A stretch of DNA of 64,000 nt from Moniliella sp. 'wahieum' (taxonomy: Eukaryota). Each line of letters opens with the position of its first letter. The first letter of the stretch is position 1. The position numbers were made by a program, and so were the translations under genes. The stretch is taken from NCBI GenBank assembly GCA_003971905.1, contig RSEE01000049.1, positions 1 through 64,000 of the forward strand. The letters are read 5' to 3'. Shown piece after piece: positions 36,101 to 46,121 of this stretch. The notes under the pieces are model-generated. The model was not told the DNA's origin, ran no database searches, and saw nothing but the letters and a program-made list of their open reading frames with translations.

Positions 36101-36824
36101 CTCGGGCTCCAGGGCGGGAGGTGTATTGATAGACGACGAGGAGGGGAATTCCTCGTGTGGTTCGGTAGTTGGGGTAGATGGGAGTTCTTCGGCAGGATCG
36201 AGGGCGGCTGTTTGAGCCTCTTCGGGTGAACGGGGCAACGAGGCTTCATCCGACGACGGGGGCAAATGAGCGGCGGGCCGTTGGGCCGGGCTAGGGACTT
36301 GGCCACCACCATTCTGCAACGAGAGAATTCTAGTCAACACAGGGCCTCCGCTATATTCCGAGGAATATATAACGAAAAACGTACCTCATCGTCGTCAGTC
36401 AGCGGTGCATCATCGAGCTGAGAGATGAGCTGGTGCTCCTCGTCATAGGACGGCACTCTGCGACGCGGGGCTGCGTTTTGCTCATCCGTGTCGACGTGGG
36501 CAGCGTATGGATCGGAGGGGAGCATGGATCGAGCCAGGGCAGGGGGAGGAGACGGACAACGGCTGTGGGGCGCGGCGGCATGGGGGCGCGCGCGCGGGCT
36601 GGGTGGAGGACGTCGTCGTCGTCGTGTGAGGTGAGAGATGGAGCCGGGTGGGGGGGAGATGCGCCCGAGGTGTGGCGGGCGGCGCGGCGGGCACGGAGGG
36701 AGGTGGGACGGGAGGAAGGGCGGGAGGCGGGGCGGGGGCTGGGAGCGCTGAGCCGGGTGTTGCTCCTGTCGCGGCGGGCAGAGCGGGCGGGGAAGGAGGG
36801 CTGGCTGTCGTCGCCGGGGGGCAT
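33200..36824 (-). CDS. PXB/DUF3818 protein (Ypr097w/Lec1-like)
   Basis: LTPQQRHYLVRALVALQL..LGTLTVYGPPF and PVILRHLFHTHLRTFPGL..FWQHRVQ..NLSTSLERSELTQRR (PX-associated domain); LYDLFLLSPEA..LKSVHALFPYW and LLSRHEDHLLEFLH (DUF3818-like). One intron ~36315-36383; the C-terminal boundary is uncertain. Confidence 0.7.
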
Positions 36825-37879
36825 GGCGGTGGCGGTGGAGAGGAGGAGGGTGGGCAGGGCGGGGCGGCGGCCGGTGGCGGCGTGACGGAAGACTGGCCGC
36901 TGCTGTCTATGAGTCTGCGTCTGCGTCTGACTGAATCTGGGATGTCCATCTGAAAAAATGCCACAGCACCGTCTATCTCCCGTGGGCTTGGGTAGTCCAT
37001 GGCCATCTTGGGGTCTGCTGCGGGGGGGCGCTGTGTGCTGTGTGCTGCCTGTGCCCCGCACGCGCTGTCTGCAAAGCCAATGTGTGTGTGCTATCTGCCG
37101 CACAGACGCCTCCCAGCCTCCGGCCCGCCCTGCCCCGCCCTGCCTGCCGTCGCGCCCTCCCCACCCCGCACGACGCACACTGGCCCCGTGCCCCTACCAA
37201 AGTCCGCCGCGCGTGCGGTCGGCCTCGGGGCAGGCCAGCTGCACGGATCGATGATCGGCGTGCGGCGGCAGGGCGCGTGTGTGGGCGCTACGCCAGACAA
37301 CGCGTGTGCGGTGCGCCGCCAAGCTCCAAGCGCCATGCGCCATGCCCTGCCATGCCCATGCCGCAGCCGGCAGCAGCAGGCAGCAGGCAGTCGAGGAGGC
37401 GCACGCGTCCTATTCCGCCGCAGCCTCCGCTGGCTTGCGCCGAGGCAGGCGCCCAGCGCACCACGCAGCAGGCGCGCGGGGAAAGCCTCCCTCGGCATCC
37501 GCGCTTGCCCCCCTGCATGCGTCTCCTTGTGCCCCCCATGGAGGACGTCAGTAACGTCATTGATCAGCATCCATGCACCATGCCCCCGCCCTGCCCCGCC
37601 AAGTCCCCGCCACGCGCCAGCCCCTGCCCCGCCCTCTCCCACAGCGCACAACAGAGCTGCACACCCTCCGCGGAAGCGTCGATCCAGACGGATGGGCTAG
37701 GGCACGACAGACGCTACGCGCTAAGCGCAGAATTCTGCATCCAGAATTCAGAATTCAGATGGCCGCACACGCCACAGATGTACAACACGCACAACACAGC
37801 TGCCATCGCACCCACTGTATGGGGGTGTGGCCTGGTAGCTAGCTGGCTGGGCGGAAGATCTCCCACTCAGTACCCACAG

Positions 37880-38580
37880 AGGATTGGGCTCCAATGGCTG
37901 TATCCTCAAATCAGTCACTAGTAACCGGTAACCCTGGTCCGTGCGCGGGGATGCGTGCGTCGGAAGCAATCAGTCTCAAGCTGCCGTCAACGTTCAACAC
38001 ACAGTGTCCAGAAAGCAGCACGCCTGGCCAAGGAGAACGCGCCAACCAGCAACTCGAAACCAACCTGCGGTTCTACATCGACGGTTCAAGCCCCAACTGC
38101 GCTATTGCCCTCTTGCCCTCCGCCGAGTTCGCTGCCAACAACATGCGTGAGTGCAATGAAGCACACGCAGGACAAACTCCCTTCAATAAGTTGATCCTAA
38201 TAAGCCACGAGTCTACATCCGCATTATGGCTGCCGGACGCTCCGCTTCGCCGTTGCCCCCGCTTTACCTTGTGGGCCCTTCAAATTATTGGATAAAGTCG
38301 ATGAGAATGCCCACCGGTTGGACTTGCCCCGCGACCTCCATGCCATCAATAACCCTGTAGTCAACGTGGCCTACTTGGACCCTTTCGACCTGACCGTGTC
38401 GACGCCCGCTCCTATCCCCCAGAGGTGCCGGCGCGCCAGAGGTTGTTGGCGGTCAGCAGGCCTGTCGTGTCGAGGAGATCCCCGACCGTCGACGCGGTCG
38501 ACGGGCCTACCATAGTTCGTTCATTGGACTGGTCTGCCTACCAGCCGCAAACGGGTGGATCCCAGCGTCGGAGCTCAGAG
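37880..38580 (+). mobile_element. Degenerate Ty3/gypsy (chromovirus) integrase, GPF and chromodomain relic
   Basis: GQGERANQQLETNLRFYI..LLPSAEFAANN..GQTPF (integrase core end); GPFKLLDKVDENAHRLDLP..NPVVNVAYL (GPY/F domain); FVHWTGLP..NGWIPASEL (chromodomain). A purine run and TGT at ~38586 may start the 3' LTR. Confidence 0.8.
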
Positions 38581-39811
38581 GTGGGTGTCAGTGCAAAGGC
38601 GACTTGGTGGCCCCCCCGTGACATTACCCCCTTCTTGGCTGCAGTGCATATACATATTCTCCACTTCCCGAGGTGGATAGTGGAGCAAGGGGTATTGGGG
38701 TGGTCACGATGGAAAGCGACCAACTGGAGCTCGATAGCACATCCCTTATCGTTACTCGCTTCTCGGCTTCCTTCCCTATCGCTACTCATTTTCCCTCTCT
38801 TTCGCTATCGGTCACGATCCCTCTCTTCTCCGTCTTGCGCTCGTCTAAACTCCAAACCTCTATCCATGGTTTCGACTCGGTTTCTGGCCTGGTTCATCGC
38901 CTCGTGCCTTTCTTGCTTGTCTCTCACTTCTCCCCTTGATTCGGTCCCCATTACACTGCAGACCTGTTGGTCTTTCCTCTGTCCCGCTTCTATATAACCT
39001 GCGTGTTCTTAGATCCACAATTGTGATGGCCCAAGCCCCCACCATTCCTTTCCTCTCACACCTTCTTCTATATAGGCACTCCACTCTAGAACTAAGAACT
39101 GCCCTTTCAATCAGCTCGTTCGCCCTCCCTTTTGCCCATGAAGCTCCCCACTCTACGTCCGGCCCTGAACGTGTAACCTCCTTCTCGGACGCTGCCTGGC
39201 TCTTCCCACAACTAGCAAAGCACTATTCGGCCCTCCTACGTTCACGCCAGTACAAGTGTTCTTTGGACTTTGGATCTGATACGCGTTCGGTCGCCCGTGA
39301 GTCTTGTCTCCCATGGGTAGGGAAGGTCTCTGCCTGAGAAGCCAGCAACTTCGCCACAGCATTCATACTATGGGGTGGAGCCGGGAGATTGGCCAAGCAG
39401 CCAGGAAACAAAGAGAAAAAAGAGAAGATAGATCGAGATTGGATCGAGCCAGAGGGGAGGTAGGCGACACAACCGATGCGGTGAATGCAAGCGGGTCATA
39501 GTTAATTAAGCCAGACCGAGACCAAGATTGAGATGGAGATCGAGATGGAGATCGAATTTGAGGTTGAGCGCATCGGTTGGACAGGTAGATAGTGAGGAGC
39601 GCAAAGGGTTCTTCAAGGAACTGTACTTGAGGCAAGGAATTGATAAAAGATTTGTAGTTTGGTAAATCCAGCAAGCCAAGCGAGGCCATTATCCTAGACT
39701 GGCAGCACCAGCCCCCGTTACTTGTCCCACCCTTCGGATAAGATATAACAAGGAGGACCACCACCGGGCCTACGGCCCGGTCAGCTGGGGCTTCGCCCCA
39801 GCTGTGCTGCG

Positions 39812-39911
39812 TCGCCACCTTAGCCACCGTTCCTCCTTCGCCACCTTAGCCACCGTTCCTCCTTCGCCACCTTAGCCACCGTTCCTCCTTCGCCACCTTA
39901 GCCACCGTTCC
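39812..39911. repeat. 26-bp tandem repeat TCGCCACCTTAGCCACCGTTCCTCCT (~3.8 copies) at the 5' side of the CRE element
   Basis: Directly visible; followed by a 19-bp-period duplication GGAACGTGGCACCGGTC at 39957-39992. Confidence 0.9.
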
Positions 39912-42614
39912 ACGCTGGAGAGGGAACGTAATATCACCGATGCTTGCGGGCGGGCTGGAACGTGGCACCGGTCAGGGAACGTGGCACCGGTCGCTGATGT
40001 AAAAGTGTGCAGATCGGGGGTCGTGCAATATTGCCTAAGTACTCCGCCACCACAACAAGGACAACGACCTCATGGGACGTATCCCAACCACGCCTGGCAA
40101 CTCCCTCCGGCCCCCGACTCCTCAACGCGCGAAGCTCCCGACCCAGTCACCAAAGCCAATCGCCTCATTGGGAGGGCTGCCTCAGCCGCGCAGCAAGTAC
40201 CCTCGTCGGCCAATCCACCATTGCCCCCCACCCCCGAGACCCAGGCAAGCCTGGAAAAGCTCCACCCGTTGGAGAGGCGAACCCCTTCAACCTCGGTCCG
40301 GGCACAGCGTTCGGCAACGCCTCCAGCCGCACTCGTCCTACCCACACAGGCCGCGAGGTACCGCCGGGCACCCCCTCACGACACGACGGACAGTAACCGC
40401 ATCGTGGGGACCTGGACGAAATCGACCTTGTTGCTTTGATTGCCACGTTCAGAATCGACGTTGGGGCAGGTCTATCCGGGTGGACCCAGCCCCTCCTGAA
40501 AACGGCCCTTCAAATGCGATCGCTCGTCACCTTTCTCACCGCCCTCAAGTTATTTACCACGGCACTGCCCCTGGACGCGAGCTCTTGGCCTCCCGCCTTA
40601 CCCCCTGGAGAAGGCATCGGGAGGTATCCGCCCCATCGCCTGTGGGGAGCTGATCTACCGTCTGTGCGCCAAGGCCATTACTCGAGCGATCGCTAACCCA
40701 ACAGCTGGCTTCTCCCCACCCAGCTGGGAGTAGCATCGCAAAACTGGGTGGAGCCTATCGTACGGATGGTCGAGCGCATGACAGCGCCAGGCGGGGAGAA
40801 CGATGCGGAAATGGGCGACTTCAGCCACGTCGCCATGCTCGACTTTACCAACGCGTTCAACACCGTGCGCCGTCGCACATTCGCCAACGCGCTCCATGTC
40901 TACGCCCCCCATCTCCTCACCTTGGGCCGATGGATCTATGGTTCCCCCACCCAGCTTTGGGTTGCGTCGGGCGGAAATGAGACCAGCATCCTGTCGGCAG
41001 AGGGCGTACGGCAGGGCGACCCCCTCGCCCCCTTTTTCTTCTCCATCGCAGTGCGGCCCACCTAGAGAAGTTAAGAGATGCTCTGCCGCCGGGGCACCTG
41101 GTGATGGCATACCTGGACGACATTACGATTTTCGGTCCAGGGCCAGGCATTACCGGCCAAGCCGCGGAGATTTTGGAAGACGACGCGTCAGGCCGCAAGC
41201 TCAACCTGCGCAAGTGTGTCGAGCGGGACCGGGACCAGATTCGGGAGGATGGTCTGCAGGTTCTGGGCACTTGTGTGGGAGGGGTAGACTGTCGTCGATC
41301 GTGGCTCCGGGCCCAACTGGCCAATCTGAGGGAGAACATGCCTAAGTTTGATGGCATCACCCGCCAGGGACGCCTCTTACTATGGCGGCTCAGCACTCAG
41401 ACCAAGCTGCGCCACCTGCTCCGCACCATGCAGATGGAAGGAGAGCTAGACGACGTGCTGGCCGAGATTGATGCCTTCATCTGTACGGAGTTCAGACGGA
41501 TCCGGGGCGACGAGGATCCCCAAGGTGCCAAGGACGACCACTTCGACATGCTCATGAGCCTGCCCCTCCGGCTGGGAGGATGTGGCAGCCCGCTTTACTC
41601 GTATATTGCGCCCCACGCCCGTGCCGCGGCCAACGAGGTCAACGACTATCTTATTACCACTTATGTTGACCCAGCGGGACCGCAAACGACTGCGGCCAAC
41701 GCATTTACGAAACAACGCCAGCGCTGCCGGGAGATGTGGGAGCAAAGTCGACAGGAGCTGCTCTAGAAGCTGGACGCTGCCGATGGTCGCCATGTGGTTG
41801 AGCACAGCAACCCGCTGAGCCACAACTGGCTCTCCGCCATTCCATCCGCCCCGTGCCTCAAGCTCTCTGACCAGCAGGTCCAGGTTGGTCTCCAGCTCCG
41901 CACGCTGTGCCGCACCACGCGCAGCATGTGCAAGTGCGGCGTCATGTCCTCGCTGGAGCACATCATGTCTTGCACCCGCACCAGGCCAAGTTTGGAGCGT
42001 TGCATGAGGCAGTGCGGGAGCCCATTCTCCAGCTCCTACGCTCCATCCCCGACACCCACGTCCGCAACGAACCTATGGTGGAGGACGAGGATGGGAGAAG
42101 ACAGAGGACGCAGCGCACCGACTACCGCGTGATGGGGCCCGGAGCACTCGGAGGATCAGGAATGGAGGTAGACCACACGCTGCGCGACACGGGATCACTG
42201 GCGGCGCAGAGCGCGTTCCGGAGGGTGGTGCATGAGAGCACCGCAACCCCCTTGGAACGCCGGGAGAAGGAGCTGCTTCGGATGCTTGAACAAGCAGAAT
42301 GCGACAAGAACGCCAAGTACCAGGGACGCACTCAAGAGCCGTTTTTCCCCCTGGTTTTGACGACGTGACTGATACTACGGCACCAAGACGGCGGGCAAGT
42401 TGTTCGCGCATTGGAAGGAGTTGGCTACTAAGTCTCAGTGGAAATGGTTCCTCGCTCGGATGTCAACCACGTTCCTCCGTGTCCACACGCGCTTCCTAGG
42501 GTACGGAACCGGATGGCGTGAGCCGGAGGGTCCTGATATCCTGGCGATCCCCCTGGTCCCTTGACCCTGGTGGCGCCCCCAAGTAACCCCCGCAAGATGA
42601 ACGGTTAGGTTTAG
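39812..42614 (+). mobile_element. CRE-clade non-LTR retrotransposon (Cnl1/MoTeR-like) with RT and restriction-like endonuclease
   Basis: GAGLSGWT, RPIACGE, QLGV, LDFTNAFNTV, GVRQGDPLAPFFFS, AYLDDI, VLGT, LPLRLGGCG, CKCG..EHIMSC zinc finger, LHEAV, RTDY..VD, DKNAKY, FFPLV. The ORF ends at 42564, with an in-frame TAG at 41764 plus indels. Confidence 0.88.
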
Positions 42615-42704
42615 ACGTAGCGTTCCCCTGTCCCAGCCTTAAGCTCTGTCAATGAAATGGACGTGACTTAGGGATGCAGATACAGAATAGTAGCCATTCA
42701 CTGT

Positions 42705-44456
42705 CTATGTCCGGCACGCAATGTCCGTCCGTTCCAGGATGGCGAGTTGCGCACCCAGTGCCCAGCCCAGCTCCCGTCCCTGCAATCTTCTTGTCGGTGA
42801 TGATGGTGTGCGAGTCATCCAGCTCGTAGCCCAGCGTGAGCAGCGTGTAGAGGTAGGTCATGTCCAGGCACGACTCGGGCCGGCCCTGGAGCTCCTTGAG
42901 TGCGTCCGGGTACTTGGCCGGTGGCCACCGGTCCGGCCACGTCGATGGATGGTGGCATACATCCTTCACCGCCTGGTTCAACTCGGCAATGGTCAAGGTG
43001 GGCCCCATGCCGAGCGGGTGCAAGCGGTCGTAAAAGTAGGACAGTGCTACTACCGGTGCGCCCTCGGGTAGGCTCTGTCCCAAGCTCGGCTGGTACACAC
43101 CCCAGCAAACGCACAGGGATCAGCAGCGCAGGGCGCGTGCTTGTCCAGCACTGTCTCCACCACCGCCGCACACGCGTCAGAGCCAATGATCTCCATTCCC
43201 TTGAAGCGATGTTCCCCCTTGACCTCGCCCACGGCCGCGGGCGGGGTTCCGTTGATGGCCGGACCGGCCCGCAGAGGCAGGCGGCAACAGCGTCACGTTA
43301 ATGTTCTTCTCCACGCCGCTGGTCAAACAGTTGTGCGGTACGAGCCCTTCCACCGTGGGCCGGTGTGGGTTGCGGGCCTGGGCCAGGCCATGGAGGAAGG
43401 CAGAGAGGGCATGGACCGCTTCGCGCACTTGCATCAGTCCGTACCCCAAGTAGGAGTTTTGGTACAGCACATGTGCGCGGCCGGCCAAGTTGGACAGCTC
43501 GTAGACGTGCGCACCAGGGCGCATGGCATCCTTCGCTCGACCCTGGGGCTCAAACACGATCTGGGTACTCGCCCCGCCCAGGTCCAAGACGGCCGCCGTC
43601 GGGGCGGAAGTATGCTTGCCTCCAATCCGACCCAAGAGGTAGTTGACCGTAATCCACGCATACACTGCCTCCTCGGATCCATCCATAATCTCCACTGCAT
43701 TGTGCCCCGGTGCGTCGGCGAGGGGGAAAGGGTATTGGGTCTGAAGCATGGAGCGAACGGCAGCCAGGATGTCCTGGGCTTCCTTCTCGCCCGTCAAACG
43801 CAGTCCGGCCGTAGCCTTGACCACAATCGGTGTGCACTTTTGCAGTTCGGCAGGCACACGTTCCATTGCCGCATCCATCAGTTCACGCAAGCTATTCGCC
43901 GCTTCTTCCGGACGACCGGCGTACTTGCTCAGGCCACCCTTCTTGGCCTTGAACAGCTCGTCCTCCAGCTCAGGCAGCGCTGCCTGTCCAGCCTTCTGCG
44001 CACACACATTGAACTTGTACACGTGGATCCGGCTGCCTTGGCTGCCAGCATCGATCACCAGGCCGTACCGGACCGCGCCGGGGACGGTGCACTGCGTCGT
44101 TTTGACAGGGTCATCAGCGAGCGCGGGACGTTGGCGAACGTCGGCCAGGGGGTTGGAAGAAGCCCGGCCCAGCCGGCCGCCTTGCCACCGGCAGACGCCA
44201 CAGCGTGTCCTACTGAGCTGACCGAGTTGTTTTTCCCCGACGAAGCCCATAGGGCCAGGAGGAGCAGCAGAAGGATCGCGGCCACAAGACGGAGTGGGGT
44301 CACGGCCCGGCGAAAGCGGGACTTGCTGGGCTCGGCCAGCCCGCCCGAAGCCAGCGGGCTCGGCACGCGACTGATGGGCGGCGCAGTGACGGGGAGGAAA
44401 GGCTCGCGGTCCGCCATGTGGCTCAACTCCATCGAGTCGCGTTCGTTGCCGCCCAT
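42705..44456 (-). CDS. GDA1: Golgi guanosine diphosphatase (GDA1/CD39 family)
   Basis: N-terminal TM segment plus apyrase conserved regions VIDAGSQGSRIHVY, KATAGLR, DGSEEAVYAWITVNYL, LDLGGASTQ and ELGWALGA. Confidence 0.9.
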
Positions 44457-45068
44457 TTTGGGTAGAAATGTGGTGGTGGCGGTGGCAGCCGATTTTTTTT
44501 ATTGCGTCCCGCGCTGTCCATCGCCCGCCGCCGTTGACGTGGAGGGAGAAAGGGTGAGGGGGTTTCGTACTGGACGGTGACGTGGACGCTCACGTAAGGG
44601 CCGGGGAGCTGCGGGCGAGTAGCTAAAAACAAGGCAGAAGGCAAAACTGCATCTGGTGTGATGCATGTGATGTCACATGTCACGTGCCACATGTGACGCA
44701 CACGGCATGGAGTCAGTCGATCGATGGGGAAATGAGTAATAGACTGTGCCGCACGCCGGCGCTTCGACAACTCCGCCCCCAGACGTATAGCAACACGCGT
44801 GGCAAAGGGCACTGAAGAAACTTATCCAACACTTAAGAGCGAATGCGATCGGTTGCTGCGGCCCCTCCCCGTGGGTGAGGGCTGATGGCCAGAGTATTTT
44901 AGCACGGGAAGTGGAAAGTGAGGGAAGAGGGCAGAACGAGAGACCAATAACAGCTAGCAGTACTCATGGACGCTATGCAGCTACGAGGGGGTCAAGTACG
45001 AATGGTGCATTGGCGCCCAACCGCAAGCCATCGACCGCAACCAACCGGACCCCAGGGTTGAAACTGCG

Positions 45069-46121
45069 TTAGATGGTAGCTGCGTCAAACACAAAGCGGT
45101 ACTTGACGTCGCTCTTGTACAGCCGGTCCCAGACATGGTTGATGTCCTTAAAGCTAACCAGCTCGTAGGTCGCCACAATGTCATGCTGTCCACAAAAGTC
45201 GAGCGTTTCTTGGGTCTCCTTGGTGCCGCCAATGGCCGAGCCCGCCATGGACCGGTTGCCAACCATGAGGGGGAAGGTGTTGAGCTTGGTAGGCCCAATG
45301 TGGCCCACGACGGCCAGCACGCCATACGGCTTGAGCAGCTGGAGGTACGGCCCAAAGTCATGGTCGACACTGATTGTGTCAAGCACAATGTCATACTGCG
45401 ACGCGGCGGATTTGAACTGTTCTTCGTCGGTGGTGATCAAGAACTTGTCCACGCCCAGTTCCTTAGCCTCTTGCACCTTGCTCATCGAACGCGACGAGAG
45501 CGATACTTCGGCGCCCATGGCTTTGGCCAACTTGATCGCCAAGTGGCCCAGTCCGCCCAGACCGGCCACCAACACTTTCTTACCTGGTCCCGCGCCGAAC
45601 CGCTTCAAGGGCGAATAGGTAGTGACGCCTGCGCACAGCAGTGGTGCCGCTCCGGCGGGATCCAGGTTCTCGGGCACCTTGAGTACAAACGTGCCTTCCA
45701 CCACAATGTTCTTCGAGTAGCCACCATAGGTGACTGCCCCATCCAGTTTGTCGTGGCTGCCATAGGTAAGCACAGGGCCTTTGGCACAATGGTTCTCCTC
45801 TCCTTGCTGGCAGTAAACGCAAGGATGCTCGTCCGTCACACACCCCGACTGGACCATGCACCCTACCCCGACCAACTCGCCCAGGTTGAACCGCGGGTCT
45901 TTGGTCGCGCCTACACGACCAATAATCTCATGCCCCGGCACCAGCGGGAACGGCACCGGCCCCCAATCGCCATCGCGCGTGTGGCTGTCCGACATGCAAT
46001 AGCCGCAGTACAAAATGTCGATGGACACATCCCCCTCGCGCAGGTCACGACGTTGCACCGTTCCCGGGCCCAAGGGGCCTTTGAACTCGAGTGCTTGGTA
46101 CACGTCCACAGTGGTAGGCAT
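45069..46121 (-). CDS. Zn-dependent NADP alcohol dehydrogenase/aldehyde reductase (CAD/YahK/AdhC-like), intronless
   Basis: Intact 350-aa ORF: CGYCMSD, PGHEIIG, VGVGCMV, structural-Zn Cys cluster, AAPLLCAGVTTYSPL, GLGGLGH, GSAIGGTKETQETLDFC, KSDVKYRFV. Confidence 0.95.
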   Translation of the reverse strand: MPTTVDVYQALEFKGPLGPGTVQRRDLREGDVSIDILYCGYCMSDSHTRDGDWGPVPFPLVPGHEIIGRVGATKDPRFNLGELVGVGCMVQSGCVTDEHPCVYCQQGEENHCAKGPVLTYGSHDKLDGAVTYGGYSKNIVVEGTFVLKVPENLDPAGAAPLLCAGVTTYSPLKRFGAGPGKKVLVAGLGGLGHLAIKLAKAMGAEVSLSSRSMSKVQEAKELGVDKFLITTDEEQFKSAASQYDIVLDTISVDHDFGPYLQLLKPYGVLAVVGHIGPTKLNTFPLMVGNRSMAGSAIGGTKETQETLDFCGQHDIVATYELVSFKDINHVWDRLYKSDVKYRFVFDAATI

